A stretch of DNA of 24,000 bases, taken from positions 1,780,209 to 1,804,208 of the forward strand of contig NZ_JAFIBY010000001.1 in the NCBI RefSeq assembly GCF_017832355.1, given 5' to 3'. A program made the translations under genes and the position numbers. Of this stretch, positions 14,685-21,943 are shown piece after piece. Numbering within the stretch: the stretch's first letter is position 1; every line of letters begins with the position of its first letter. The notes beneath the pieces were generated by a model. The model worked only from the letters and a program-made list of their open reading frames with translations, did no database searches and was not told where the DNA came from. This DNA is from Serratia sp. PL17 (lineage in GTDB: Bacteria; Pseudomonadota; Gammaproteobacteria; Enterobacterales; Enterobacteriaceae).

Positions 14685-17432
14685 TCAGAGAGCGAGTTGC
14701 AGGTAGCGTTCTAGCCAGTCGTCCGGCTTCATGCCGTCCTGAAACACAGAATCAAAAATTTCGAGGTTGTCAGCGCTGCTACTTAACACTTTTGTGTAAG
14801 TACCAAGCCCGGACAGGTCAAGGGTGACGAGTGCTGCAAAGTTGCGTAAATCACCCTTTTTCAGGGGGCTTTTCACTATTACGAACTGGCGTGACAGCGG
14901 ATCGAGGTTCTTGATGATGTCGAAGATCTCCGGGGCGACTTTCAGACCATCAACATAGTCTTTGCGGTCAGCCTTCGGGTTTGCCGTAAAGATTTGCGTG
15001 CCGCACTGCTCCACCACGGCAGGAGATATCGGGTTAATCAGTATTTCCGCCGGTGACTGAGTACCAGGAATAAACAGGCCATTCAGTTTGCGGATGACTT
15101 TCAGCACGTTAAAGGCGAAATCAGAAAAGACCGGGTCGTTGAGCCATTTCCAGAATTCATCCATGAAGATCACCAAGCGTCGCCCGTCGAGCAAGCTGGT
15201 GACGCGATACAGCAGGTAAAACGAAATCGGCGCACACACGTCGGCATCGTCCAAAAATTCCGTGCCATCGATGCCGAAATTGTCGCATTCGCCAATATCA
15301 AAGGTGTCCAGGTCATTATCGAAAACCCAGCCGTATTCGCCACCCTGCGCCCACTGTGACAACCTGACACGTAACCCGTTTTCCTGCGCTTCCTTCGTTG
15401 GCGGCTCGGTAAGGTTCTCCAACAGCCGGGTAATACCAAACCCACGGTGTTCAGCCGGTAGCTCCTTCATGACCGCATCCACTGCCTGACTAAGACGCAG
15501 CTCGTCGCGCGGGAACAAGGTTTGTCCGTTGCGGGTGCAGAGTATGCGCATCAGCTTCTTGATGAAGTTCAGATTGCGTTTTGTCGGTGGAAGCCGGAAG
15601 GGATTCCAGCCGGTAGGCTCACCGTTTTTCACCTTATAATACTGGCCGCCCAACGCCCTTACGTTAAGTTCTGCCCCCCTGTCCTTATCAAAATAAACGG
15701 TAGTAAGACGCTGAGTTTTAGCCTGCGGCGAAAAACTCCGGGGTTGCCGATATTTCTGCATCATGACCTGAATGAATGCCATCAGCATTGTTTTGCCCGA
15801 ACCGGCGGTGCCGATAACGCTGGTATTGCCTAGATTTTTCTCGTTGAAATCATCCTTATTGAGCATTGAGTTGTGCAGGTTCATGTAATACGCCCCGCCC
15901 GAGGGGGTTTTGAGAACGCAAAGCGCTTCACCCCAGGGGTTCTTATCCCGTTTCCCCGTATAGAAGTTATGGAATGACGCCAGTTCTGCAAAATTCTGGC
16001 TGCTGATGGGGACAAGTCGCGGCCTTAGCGTGTACACACCCGGCATTTGTGCCAAGTAGGCAGCGGGCAACGACAACGTGGAGAGTGTCGGGGTGATACC
16101 CAGATCGGTGAAGGCGTTGATCAGGCTGTTTGTATCTTTAATCAGCCGTTCTGTGCCGGGTGCCGATACCATCAGGGAAAAATGATATTTACCAAAGGCA
16201 ATGTGTCCGGCCTGCAACATGTCCAGGGCAACAAATAAGTCTTCCTGCTGCGAAATGGCATCATCTTCCGTGCTGCGTAAACGCTTGGCCGTCTGCTTGA
16301 TGTGCTTTTGCGCTTCATCTTTCGCCATACAGGTAAAAGACTGGGTGATCACATAGTCACACGGGGCATACAGCAACACGTTCATTATCCCGGTGAAGGA
16401 TTCCGGCGCGTAGTCTTTCACTTCCAGCCCACGGAAGAAGGTCTTTCCGTTCACGTTATTGCTTTGACCAGCATCGCCGGTGAAAAACAGATCGGTTGTG
16501 CCGAGCGTTTCATAAAATGGCGTACGCGTAACGGCTGTCTTCTGCCAGACGCCGCTTAACAGCCGCCGATAGAAAGACAGTTGCGACGAAAATACGCGGC
16601 CATTTTCTTCATAAGCCCCGAGTTGGTTCGCGGTGAAACGCGACAGGGACGTGCCGACCGTCTGGCAGATCTCCAACATCTCTTTTAATGCACTGTCTAA
16701 CGCATGTTGCTTCTGTCCGTCGGACATCCGTTTGCGCTCGACCTTATCCAGTCCGACAAAGGGCATATAACAGGCGGTGAAGAACAGACGATTATGGCGG
16801 AAAGGATGGTTTTCAATCGTCGAGTAGTATCGTTCGCTGACCGTATCGGCAAAATCGTTACCCGAATGCCCGTCAAAGTGATCGTGGTACGTTTCACGGA
16901 TATTGTGAACGTAAAACGTCACCGGTCGCCCTTCAAAGGACTTAATCAGGTTATTAAACTGACCAGACAGTATGTCGAGATTTTCTTCCGTATCACATTC
17001 AAACGCCGTTCCGCCAATTTCCCACGTTGCGATCAGGTCACTACCTCGGGTTTTAATGACGTTTTCATGAATGTGCGACGAATACGGAATGTGCTTGGTG
17101 AGCGTGACCCGTTCGTTAAGTCGCATAGTGTTGATGAACTCCGTGATGTCTACGGCGTCGTAGTCGTTCGCCAGGAACGCCGTTGCGCCGTAGTGGGTGT
17201 TGCACGTCTTATTGCCCCGCGTTTTCAGTTTTAAAAAGGCTAATCCGAAAACGTGGGCATCCTTTCTAGCCATCTGGTTCATGACAAACCAGCTTACCGG
17301 CAGGAACAGCAACAAAAGTTTAGTGAGGTATATCGCCAGCAGGATAATTGCCCCACTGACGATAACTAACGGCACCATCGGAATGCCAAACAGCATAGCG
17401 GGGCGCGTCAGGGCTTTATTCAGCGTGACCAT
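14685..17432 (-). CDS. virB4: VirB3-VirB4 fusion ATPase (PilX3-4-like)
   Basis: The N-terminal ~90 aa carries the VirB3-like motif LTRPAMLFGIP plus two TMs. The VirB4 body follows, with Walker A GTAGSGKTM and Walker B-like RRLVIFMDEFW. 915 aa. Confidence 0.9.
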   Translation of the reverse strand: MVTLNKALTRPAMLFGIPMVPLVIVSGAIILLAIYLTKLLLLFLPVSWFVMNQMARKDAHVFGLAFLKLKTRGNKTCNTHYGATAFLANDYDAVDITEFINTMRLNERVTLTKHIPYSSHIHENVIKTRGSDLIATWEIGGTAFECDTEENLDILSGQFNNLIKSFEGRPVTFYVHNIRETYHDHFDGHSGNDFADTVSERYYSTIENHPFRHNRLFFTACYMPFVGLDKVERKRMSDGQKQHALDSALKEMLEICQTVGTSLSRFTANQLGAYEENGRVFSSQLSFYRRLLSGVWQKTAVTRTPFYETLGTTDLFFTGDAGQSNNVNGKTFFRGLEVKDYAPESFTGIMNVLLYAPCDYVITQSFTCMAKDEAQKHIKQTAKRLRSTEDDAISQQEDLFVALDMLQAGHIAFGKYHFSLMVSAPGTERLIKDTNSLINAFTDLGITPTLSTLSLPAAYLAQMPGVYTLRPRLVPISSQNFAELASFHNFYTGKRDKNPWGEALCVLKTPSGGAYYMNLHNSMLNKDDFNEKNLGNTSVIGTAGSGKTMLMAFIQVMMQKYRQPRSFSPQAKTQRLTTVYFDKDRGAELNVRALGGQYYKVKNGEPTGWNPFRLPPTKRNLNFIKKLMRILCTRNGQTLFPRDELRLSQAVDAVMKELPAEHRGFGITRLLENLTEPPTKEAQENGLRVRLSQWAQGGEYGWVFDNDLDTFDIGECDNFGIDGTEFLDDADVCAPISFYLLYRVTSLLDGRRLVIFMDEFWKWLNDPVFSDFAFNVLKVIRKLNGLFIPGTQSPAEILINPISPAVVEQCGTQIFTANPKADRKDYVDGLKVAPEIFDIIKNLDPLSRQFVIVKSPLKKGDLRNFAALVTLDLSGLGTYTKVLSSSADNLEIFDSVFQDGMKPDDWLERYLQLAL

Positions 17433-17441
17433 TTCCGCCCC

Positions 17442-17735
17442 TTAGCTCATCAACAGAGCGCCGATTTCTGCACCGCTGGCAATAAGAATGCCGCCAATGA
17501 TGATCCCTTTACAGTCGTGAAGGCTTTTGCCGTCCCATAACACTTTGTAACCGACCCAGATAACGGCGATGGTAATGGTGACGATGGCCAGACCGGTGAG
17601 GCCAGACGAGATTTTTTCCAGCAACGTTTCGGCTTTGGCGAACCCGTCCGCGAATGCCGGTGAGGACATGGCAGCAGAGGCCGCAACAGCAGCAAGGTAG
17701 GCAGGAGCGTTTTTAATAGAGCGTAAAATTTTCAT
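17442..17735 (-). CDS. virB2: VirB2-family pilin precursor
   Basis: 97 aa with a long leader ending ...SSPAFA and two hydrophobic helices. Position between virB1 and virB3/4. Confidence 0.8.
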   Translation of the reverse strand: MKILRSIKNAPAYLAAVAASAAMSSPAFADGFAKAETLLEKISSGLTGLAIVTITIAVIWVGYKVLWDGKSLHDCKGIIIGGILIASGAEIGALLMS

Positions 17736-17744
17736 GATATTTCC

Positions 17745-18413
17745 TTATTTAGATGTAGTGACTACAAACTCCCCCCGCACAACCTGTGACGGGAAAGAAA
17801 CGGGTGTAGCCTGGTTAGGTGACGCTTGCGCGTCGGAGGTGATGAGATCGCCGCGTACAATACCTTTGGGATAACGTATCTGCGGCGTGGGTGCTGCATT
17901 GCCTGGTGTGGCGTTTTGCTTTTCTTGATCGGCCTTGCTGGAAGGCACGACATATTTTTGCGCGGGTTTGTAACCCATCCGCTGTACATAGCTGGTTTTG
18001 GAAAATGCGGCTTCGGGCTTCTGGCCGGTATCAAAGTTGCCGGAGTAATAGCAACTCAGCGCCCTTTTCAGGGTGCCGCCCCGGAGGTAGCAGTCAGTGA
18101 TGATTTTTTCGAAGACGGTCAGGTTGGTGCAGGGATTAAACAGTTGTTTTGCAGTGACACCGTAACGGGAAAAATTGGCCTGGTTGATTTGCATCAGACC
18201 GACCGAGTAATTTTTACCTTTCGCCTTGAGCTGGTCGATATGATCAAGAGCGTCGTTTATGTTGCTGGGGAAAAGCCCTTTTTTCTGGCCGACAACACCA
18301 ATAGCAAAGGGGTTTAACCCCGACTCAACTCTGGCTACATCATGCGATGTATCAGGGTGAATGGTTGGGGCGCATTGCATCGCCAGAGTCAGAAGCACGG
18401 CGGATGAAATCAT
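17745..18413 (-). CDS. virB1: VirB1-family lytic transglycosylase
   Basis: SLT-domain motifs ARVESGLNPFAIG (catalytic Glu) and GLMQIN. Pro/Gln-rich C-terminal part. Confidence 0.85.
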   Translation of the reverse strand: MISSAVLLTLAMQCAPTIHPDTSHDVARVESGLNPFAIGVVGQKKGLFPSNINDALDHIDQLKAKGKNYSVGLMQINQANFSRYGVTAKQLFNPCTNLTVFEKIITDCYLRGGTLKRALSCYYSGNFDTGQKPEAAFSKTSYVQRMGYKPAQKYVVPSSKADQEKQNATPGNAAPTPQIRYPKGIVRGDLITSDAQASPNQATPVSFPSQVVRGEFVVTTSK

Positions 18414-18433
18414 GTATCCTCCTATTAGATGGT

Positions 18434-18658
18434 TTATTCCTCTTCAGTGGGGGGAGCCTTCTGCAACTGGTTAAGCAGTGAGGCATGGCCTTTTTTGGTG
18501 AATTCATCAATCAAGTAGTGAAGGAATGTACTTGGTTTGATATTGGTGTTGGATAAGTAGCTGATTTCGCGAGCATGTTTTGCTAACAGTTGGTAACGCT
18601 GCTGTCCGATGTAAATCACCGCCGTACTCGTTGGCTCGCCCAACTTCTTTTTCGGCAT
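18434..18658 (-). CDS. Small basic protein, first ORF of the T4SS operon (KorA-position putative regulator; ribbon-helix-helix-like by pattern only)
   Basis: 74 aa. RBS AGGAG lies 11 nt upstream of the ATG. An N-terminal beta-like segment TAVIYIGQQ is followed by helical segments. Positional analogy to korA upstream of the virB1 homologue in pKM101. Confidence 0.4.
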   Translation of the reverse strand: MPKKKLGEPTSTAVIYIGQQRYQLLAKHAREISYLSNTNIKPSTFLHYLIDEFTKKGHASLLNQLQKAPPTEEE

Positions 18659-18674
18659 GGATATGTCTACTCCT

Positions 18675-18710
18675 ATTAAAAAGGCACCGCAGGCGATTGC
18701 CTACAGTGCC
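18675..18710 (-). terminator. Strand-specific intrinsic terminator between actX and the T4SS operon
   Basis: Minus-strand RNA reads GGCACUGUAGGC-AAUC-GCCUGCGGUGCC (12-bp stem including two G-U pairs) followed directly by UUUUUAAU. On the plus strand the same two positions are C-A mismatches. The U-run abuts the RBS of the 74-aa ORF. Confidence 0.6.
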
Positions 18711-18740
18711 GGTATGTGTGGAACAGTGAGAGGATTTTAC

Positions 18741-19196
18741 TTAGAGGTCACCTGATTGCAGGAGGTGTGAAAAGGCAACCTGTCGTTGTTCTATCGACTT
18801 GATAAGCGAGATTTGTTGAATTTTTAGCAGCAAAGCGGGCGAAATATTACGGCACTCAATGGCTTGATCGTCATTGTTCAACGCTATCAGGCGAGCACAT
18901 TCAATCGCTGATATCACTTTCTGAGGAACCGTACAGGCATCTGAACCGAAACGAATGAAGCCGATAGCCCCAGGGATAGACGAAATCGTTGATGTATGGA
19001 TTTTGTTGATATCAAAAGAGAGGAACAAATAATTAGGGAACAACACTTTTTCGTCGATACGAACCGAATTACAGTCGGTTCGGTGAGAGACTCGCACATA
19101 GCGGGGACAAAAAACACTAACGCCTAAGCTGTTGACCCTTCTGGTTATTTTATCAACATCCTGAACCTTGCAGTACAACACATACCATAAATTCAT
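18741..19196 (-). CDS. actX: RfaH/NusG-paralogue transcription factor (ActX-like)
   Basis: From the internal ATG at 19196 (RBS AAGGAAGGG), the protein begins MNLWYVLYCK...LFPNYLFLSFD..IHTSTI....GAIGFIRFG. This closely parallels E. coli RfaH (MQSWYLLYCK...LFPNYLFVEFD..IHTTTI...GVSHFVRFG). The listed start at 19337 would run through the promoter/operator region. Confidence 0.8.
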   Translation of the reverse strand: MNLWYVLYCKVQDVDKITRRVNSLGVSVFCPRYVRVSHRTDCNSVRIDEKVLFPNYLFLSFDINKIHTSTISSIPGAIGFIRFGSDACTVPQKVISAIECARLIALNNDDQAIECRNISPALLLKIQQISLIKSIEQRQVAFSHLLQSGDL

Positions 19197-19263
19197 GTTT
19201 CCCTTCCTTGTGGGCACAAGCCCCCATTTTCCGCCGCCCGTGGCCGCGTACTCATAAAACATC

Positions 19264-19313
19264 CTGTATAAATAAACATGCTGTACATAAATACAGTATT
19301 TATTTTTATACAG
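19264..19313. promoter_or_regulatory. Concentric palindromic operator containing a canonical LexA-box-like core
   Basis: CTGTacataaatACAG at 19281-19296 (CTGT-N8-ACAG; with flanks, TGCTGTACATAAATACAGTA matches 17 of 20 positions of the TACTGTATATATATACAGTA consensus as I recall it). An adjacent CTGT-N8-ACAT lies at 19264-19279. Outer half-sites CTGTATA (19264) and TATACAG (19307-19313) share the same centre, about 19288/9. Confidence 0.55.
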
Positions 19314-19331
19314 TTCGTAAGGGTATGTCAA
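19303..19331 (-). promoter_or_regulatory. Putative sigma70 promoter of actX
   Basis: The minus strand reads TTGACA (19331-19326), N15, TATAAA (19310-19305). The spacer is short. The predicted start site falls at the edge of the LexA-like box. Confidence 0.4.
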
Positions 19332-19450
19332 TATCAAGAATCTTTAGTGATAATAACATTGATGTACATATAATCAAGCTTGTTTGTTTGGATGAACGTA
19401 GGGTGAGGACTGCGCCTTGTATGATAGAAAACAAAACAAGGTGAAGTGCT

Positions 19451-19813
19451 ATGGTGCCGAAAAGGTTAAAAGAAGCGCGGGAGGCTGCTGGATTATCTCA
19501 GGAAAAGTTGTCTGAACTCATTGGTGTAGAGGGCGTTAATACTCGTTCTCGACTATCTAATTACGAGGTCGGGCGTTTCACTCCTCCTTTTGATTTCGTT
19601 CTTCGGGTTGCTAAAGCACTGGATTATCCAGAGAGCTATTTCTATACGGTTGATGATGATTTTGCAGAGAATATGTTGAAATTTCATCGCAATCGCATGA
19701 ACCCTGATACAAATCCCTACTACAGCACGTTGGCTGAAGCCCAAAAATTGGCATCGCAGCGTGATGAAGCCCGAAAGCTAGTCAAACAACTAAATGATTG
19801 TTTGAAAGATTGA
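19451..19813 (+). CDS. XRE-family helix-turn-helix transcriptional regulator
   Basis: N-terminal HTH LKEAREAAGLSQEKLSELIGV...SNYE. 120 aa. Divergent from actX and upstream of, and co-oriented with, the repA control region (copB-like position). Confidence 0.75.
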   Translation: MVPKRLKEAREAAGLSQEKLSELIGVEGVNTRSRLSNYEVGRFTPPFDFVLRVAKALDYPESYFYTVDDDFAENMLKFHRNRMNPDTNPYYSTLAEAQKLASQRDEARKLVKQLNDCLKD

Positions 19814-20063
19814 TTTTATCTCTTTATTTGTTTAGAACAGGGATTAGGCGCTGATCTTATTACTGTGAATGTGATCAGTGTCAACATTATTGAGACTCAA
19901 TATCTTTATGAATTTATTGATAAAATAGATTAGTGATGTTGAGGGATCTTTGAGGAAGGGAATTGATCGTTGTTTCGCAACGTGGTAATTTACGTGCGTT
20001 TACAAGAATTCGTACGGGTGAGACGTTCCCGGTAATAGCGTCTAGGGAGTGGTGAAAGCCACA

Positions 20064-20141
20064 AAGTAAAACCCCCTGATCCTGTCTTCAACTTTGGCGG
20101 GCTGATTCAGGTGTCAGGGGGGCAAATACTGCCATGCGGCA
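20064..20141 (-). ncRNA. copA: CopA/Inc-type antisense RNA controlling repA (ends approximate)
   Basis: Minus-strand promoter TTGCTT-N16-TATAAT. The transcript folds into a long bulged stem (CCCCCUGA..CCUG / CAGG..UCAGGGGG) whose loop carries CGCCAA. On the sense strand this is the conserved TTGGCG hexamer (20094-20099). The stem is followed by UUUU, giving an RNA of roughly 75-80 nt. Confidence 0.6.
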
Positions 20142-20147
20142 GTAAGG

Positions 20148-20175
20148 ATTATAGCAAATGCGTAAACCTAAGCAA
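20148..20175 (-). promoter_or_regulatory. Promoter of the antisense RNA
   Basis: On the minus strand the -35 is TTGCTT (plus-strand aagcaa, 20170-20175), the spacer is 16 nt, and the -10 is a perfect TATAAT (plus-strand attata, 20148-20153). Confidence 0.6.
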
Positions 20176-20214
20176 GCCCTCTGCCCTGCCATAAGTGCGG
20201 GCGGGTGTGAATAA
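20158..20214 (+). CDS. 18-codon leader peptide (tap/repA6-like) overlapping the repA start
   Basis: SD AAGGA (20144-20148), then ATG at 20158 encoding MRKPKQALCPAISAGGCE, with TAA at 20212-20214. It terminates just after the candidate repA GTG starts (20195 or 20207), the arrangement used for translational coupling in IncFII replicons. Confidence 0.45.
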   Translation: MRKPKQALCPAISAGGCE

Positions 20215-21124
20215 TCAGAAAAATACCCCTCAGAAAAACCCAGACAAGCGTCACCGTGGCGAACATTCTACAGTTTGTAAATGTCCGTTACCGCTCTATG
20301 TGCGTCCGGCGCATTATAAACCTCTCAGTAAACAGCATGGCCGAGCCTTACGTAACCTTATGAGCCAGGATAAGACTTCTGGTGCCTGGGTTATTCGTCG
20401 TCGTGTTTCTGCCGATCCCATCTTCACTTTTTTACGGCCAGTAGCTGACCGGAAAAGAGCGTTCCGAGACGTACGCCGGCGTTTGCTCGATGCGCTGTTT
20501 GTGCTTTTCATCAATAAGGCCGATCTTGCCACCGGTATCGTCACTATCAACGTCACTAAGCTGGCCGAAGAACTCAGCCCACAGGATGAAGATGGCCACA
20601 TCATTCTTGAAACCGCCGTGACGGTATCCAGGGTGTCGCGTCTGATAGACGAACTGGCGAGATTTGGCATAGTCCTTGCGCCTGAAACTGAGTGGGATTA
20701 TGTGAACGGGTGCCGTTTTCCTAAGCATATCATTATTACAGAAGAAGGCTGGCGTCTTACCGGTGTGGATATGGACAAGCTACGAGCAGAGCAAGAAGAA
20801 CGCCTACGCGCTATTGAGGACGGCATTCTACAACCCGGCGAGGCTATGACAGTAAAAGAAGCCCGTAAACGCTGGTATGAACGTTGCCGCCATCAGACGA
20901 TACTTAGCCGCCGTACACGCGCTATTGAGGGCAAACAACTGCGTAAGCTGGCCGAATTACCGTTCGATGAGCGAAAGCGTCAGGTGGCCGAGCGTATTTT
21001 CCGTGATATGAAGGGTGATATACACCATCTAACCCCTCAGCAGTTTGAAAAAATGGTCTGGACTCAGCTTTACCAGCTTGAACTGGTAAATATGGAGCAG
21101 CCAGGCACAGCCCCGCCTCACTAA
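20195..21124 (+). CDS. repA: IncFII-family replication initiator RepA (start codon uncertain: GTG 20195 or GTG 20207)
   Basis: RRRLLDALFVLF...VTKLAEELS...VSRVSRLIDELARFGIV...EWDYVNGCRFPKHIIIT parallels the R1/R100 RepA1 segments RRRAIDALLQGL...ITTLAIECGL...ITRATRALTFLSELGLI...EYDPLIGCYIPTDITFT. Basic, coiled C-terminal half. Confidence 0.85.
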   Translation: MRAGVNNQKNTPQKNPDKRHRGEHSTVCKCPLPLYVRPAHYKPLSKQHGRALRNLMSQDKTSGAWVIRRRVSADPIFTFLRPVADRKRAFRDVRRRLLDALFVLFINKADLATGIVTINVTKLAEELSPQDEDGHIILETAVTVSRVSRLIDELARFGIVLAPETEWDYVNGCRFPKHIIITEEGWRLTGVDMDKLRAEQEERLRAIEDGILQPGEAMTVKEARKRWYERCRHQTILSRRTRAIEGKQLRKLAELPFDERKRQVAERIFRDMKGDIHHLTPQQFEKMVWTQLYQLELVNMEQPGTAPPH

Positions 21125-21277
21125 CCCGCCCTCTTTTTACTAATCCGTTTCCCTGCGGAGGATGTTCGTTGTCCATCTGCTAAAGCAGCTCGTTTTTTAG
21201 CCACTATCATCACGATAACCTCACCTATATTTGGTCAAAACCCCAATCAACACCGGCGTTATATCTTTTATGCACAC

Positions 21278-21332
21278 TTATCTGCAAATAGCTAAATGGG
21301 GTTATCTGCAATCAACCAATAGTTAGCTGCAA
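21278..21332 (+). repeat. Three 10-bp direct repeats in the putative origin region
   Basis: TTATCTGCAA at 21278-21287 and 21302-21311. TTAGCTGCAA at 21323-21332. Spacing is 24 and 21 bp. Confidence 0.6.
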
Positions 21333-21382
21333 AACAATCAGGTCTTCGACCTACTTAATTTCATTAAAGATCTACTTATTCG

Positions 21383-21403
21383 CTGGATAAGTTCTGTGGA
21401 TAA
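21383..21403 (-). promoter_or_regulatory. Tandem DnaA boxes of the putative oriR
   Basis: tgtggataa at 21395-21403 is a perfect TTATCCACA on the minus strand. Adjacent ctggataa at 21383-21390 gives TTATCCAG. An AT-rich stretch with a GATC site lies just upstream. The location, about 260 bp downstream of repA, matches IncFII oriR. Confidence 0.6.
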
Positions 21404-21643
21404 CGGAGAAAACCAACAATGACCGCCCTTGCAGCGGCCAGACGGCCGCGCCGGTTCGGAATGGTCGCTATGCTCCCTAACAAACTTTAAGTAGCACCTC
21501 CGGTCTATGCCCGGAGGCAGGGAGTTAACGAAACGCACTACAGCGAAAAGGCGCTTTTCGCCCTTACCTACTTCATCGCTAAAAGTAAGCTAAAAAAACT
21601 GGTCTAGCAGGAAAGGGGGTAAAAATCCGTTTGGGTGCATTCG

Positions 21644-21691
21644 TTGACACCAGGAGCAAGTATTCCTATCATTGTGTTGATAGTTAACACA
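21644..21691 (+). promoter_or_regulatory. parDE promoter with downstream inverted-repeat operator
   Basis: TTGACA (21644-21649), N17, TATCAT (21667-21672). Inverted repeat tgtgtt (21673-21678) / aacaca (21686-21691). RBS AGGGGG precedes the ATG at 21701. Confidence 0.6.
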
Positions 21692-21700
21692 GGGGGCGTT

Positions 21701-21943
21701 ATGGCCAGAACAACAAGCGTTACGATTGGCGAACAACTCGATTCGTTTATCAGTCGATTAATAGACAGTGGCCGTTACGGCTCTGCGAGTGAAGTTATGC
21801 GCTCTGCGCTGCGATTGCTGGAGCAACAGGAAACAAACGATGAAGTTGTTCGCCAGGCTGTTATTGCTGGGCTGGAAAGCGGTGAAAGCTCGCTATCACT
21901 GCGGGATATTGCAGCACAAAGAAAACTGAGACATCGTGTATAA
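21701..21943 (+). CDS. parD: ParD-family (ribbon-helix-helix) type II antitoxin
   Basis: MARTTSVTIGEQLDSFISRLIDSGRYGSASEVMRSALRLLEQQE is the characteristic ParD/COG3609 N-terminus. The start is corrected from the listed GTG 21635 to ATG 21701. It overlaps the toxin gene by 8 nt. Confidence 0.85.
   Translation: MARTTSVTIGEQLDSFISRLIDSGRYGSASEVMRSALRLLEQQETNDEVVRQAVIAGLESGESSLSLRDIAAQRKLRHRV

Noticed and set aside
8373-18317. Long antisense ORFs inside T4SS genes (8373..8864, 9174..9563, 11855..12292, 16704..17234, 17826..18317 and similar)
   Set aside because: Each is fully embedded opposite a well-supported conserved gene. They are rich in Arg, Gly and Val as expected for shadow frames, and I recognise no motifs in them.
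19225-19245. ops-like sequence in the actX leader (minus strand GGGCGGCGGAAAATGG)
   Set aside because: It shares only GGCGG with the RfaH ops consensus GGCGGTAGnnTG as I recall it. It lacks the TAG core. That is not enough to call.
19197-19337. N-terminal 47-aa extension of the actX ORF (listed start 19337)
   Set aside because: The extension (MILTYPYELYKNKYCIYVQHVYLY...) reads through the AT-rich palindromic operator and promoter. The RfaH-like alignment begins at the internal ATG 19196, which has a strong RBS.
19975-20015. cer/dif-like Xer half-site resemblance (GTGCGTTTACAA and TGGTAATTTAC)
   Set aside because: The half-sites are in the wrong relative order and spacing for an XerC-spacer-XerD core, and both deviate from consensus.
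20134-20145. Three-codon mini-ORF ATG CGG CAG TAA inside the small hairpin upstream of the leader peptide
   Set aside because: It has no Shine-Dalgarno and lies within a stem-loop. The downstream 18-codon ORF with AAGGA is the better leader candidate.
21338-21538. 66-aa minus-strand ORF in the putative origin region
   Set aside because: It overlaps the DnaA boxes and a GC-rich hairpin (cctccgg/ccggagg at 21497-21517). It has no RBS and a low-complexity Arg/Ser/Pro composition, so it is most likely non-coding origin DNA.
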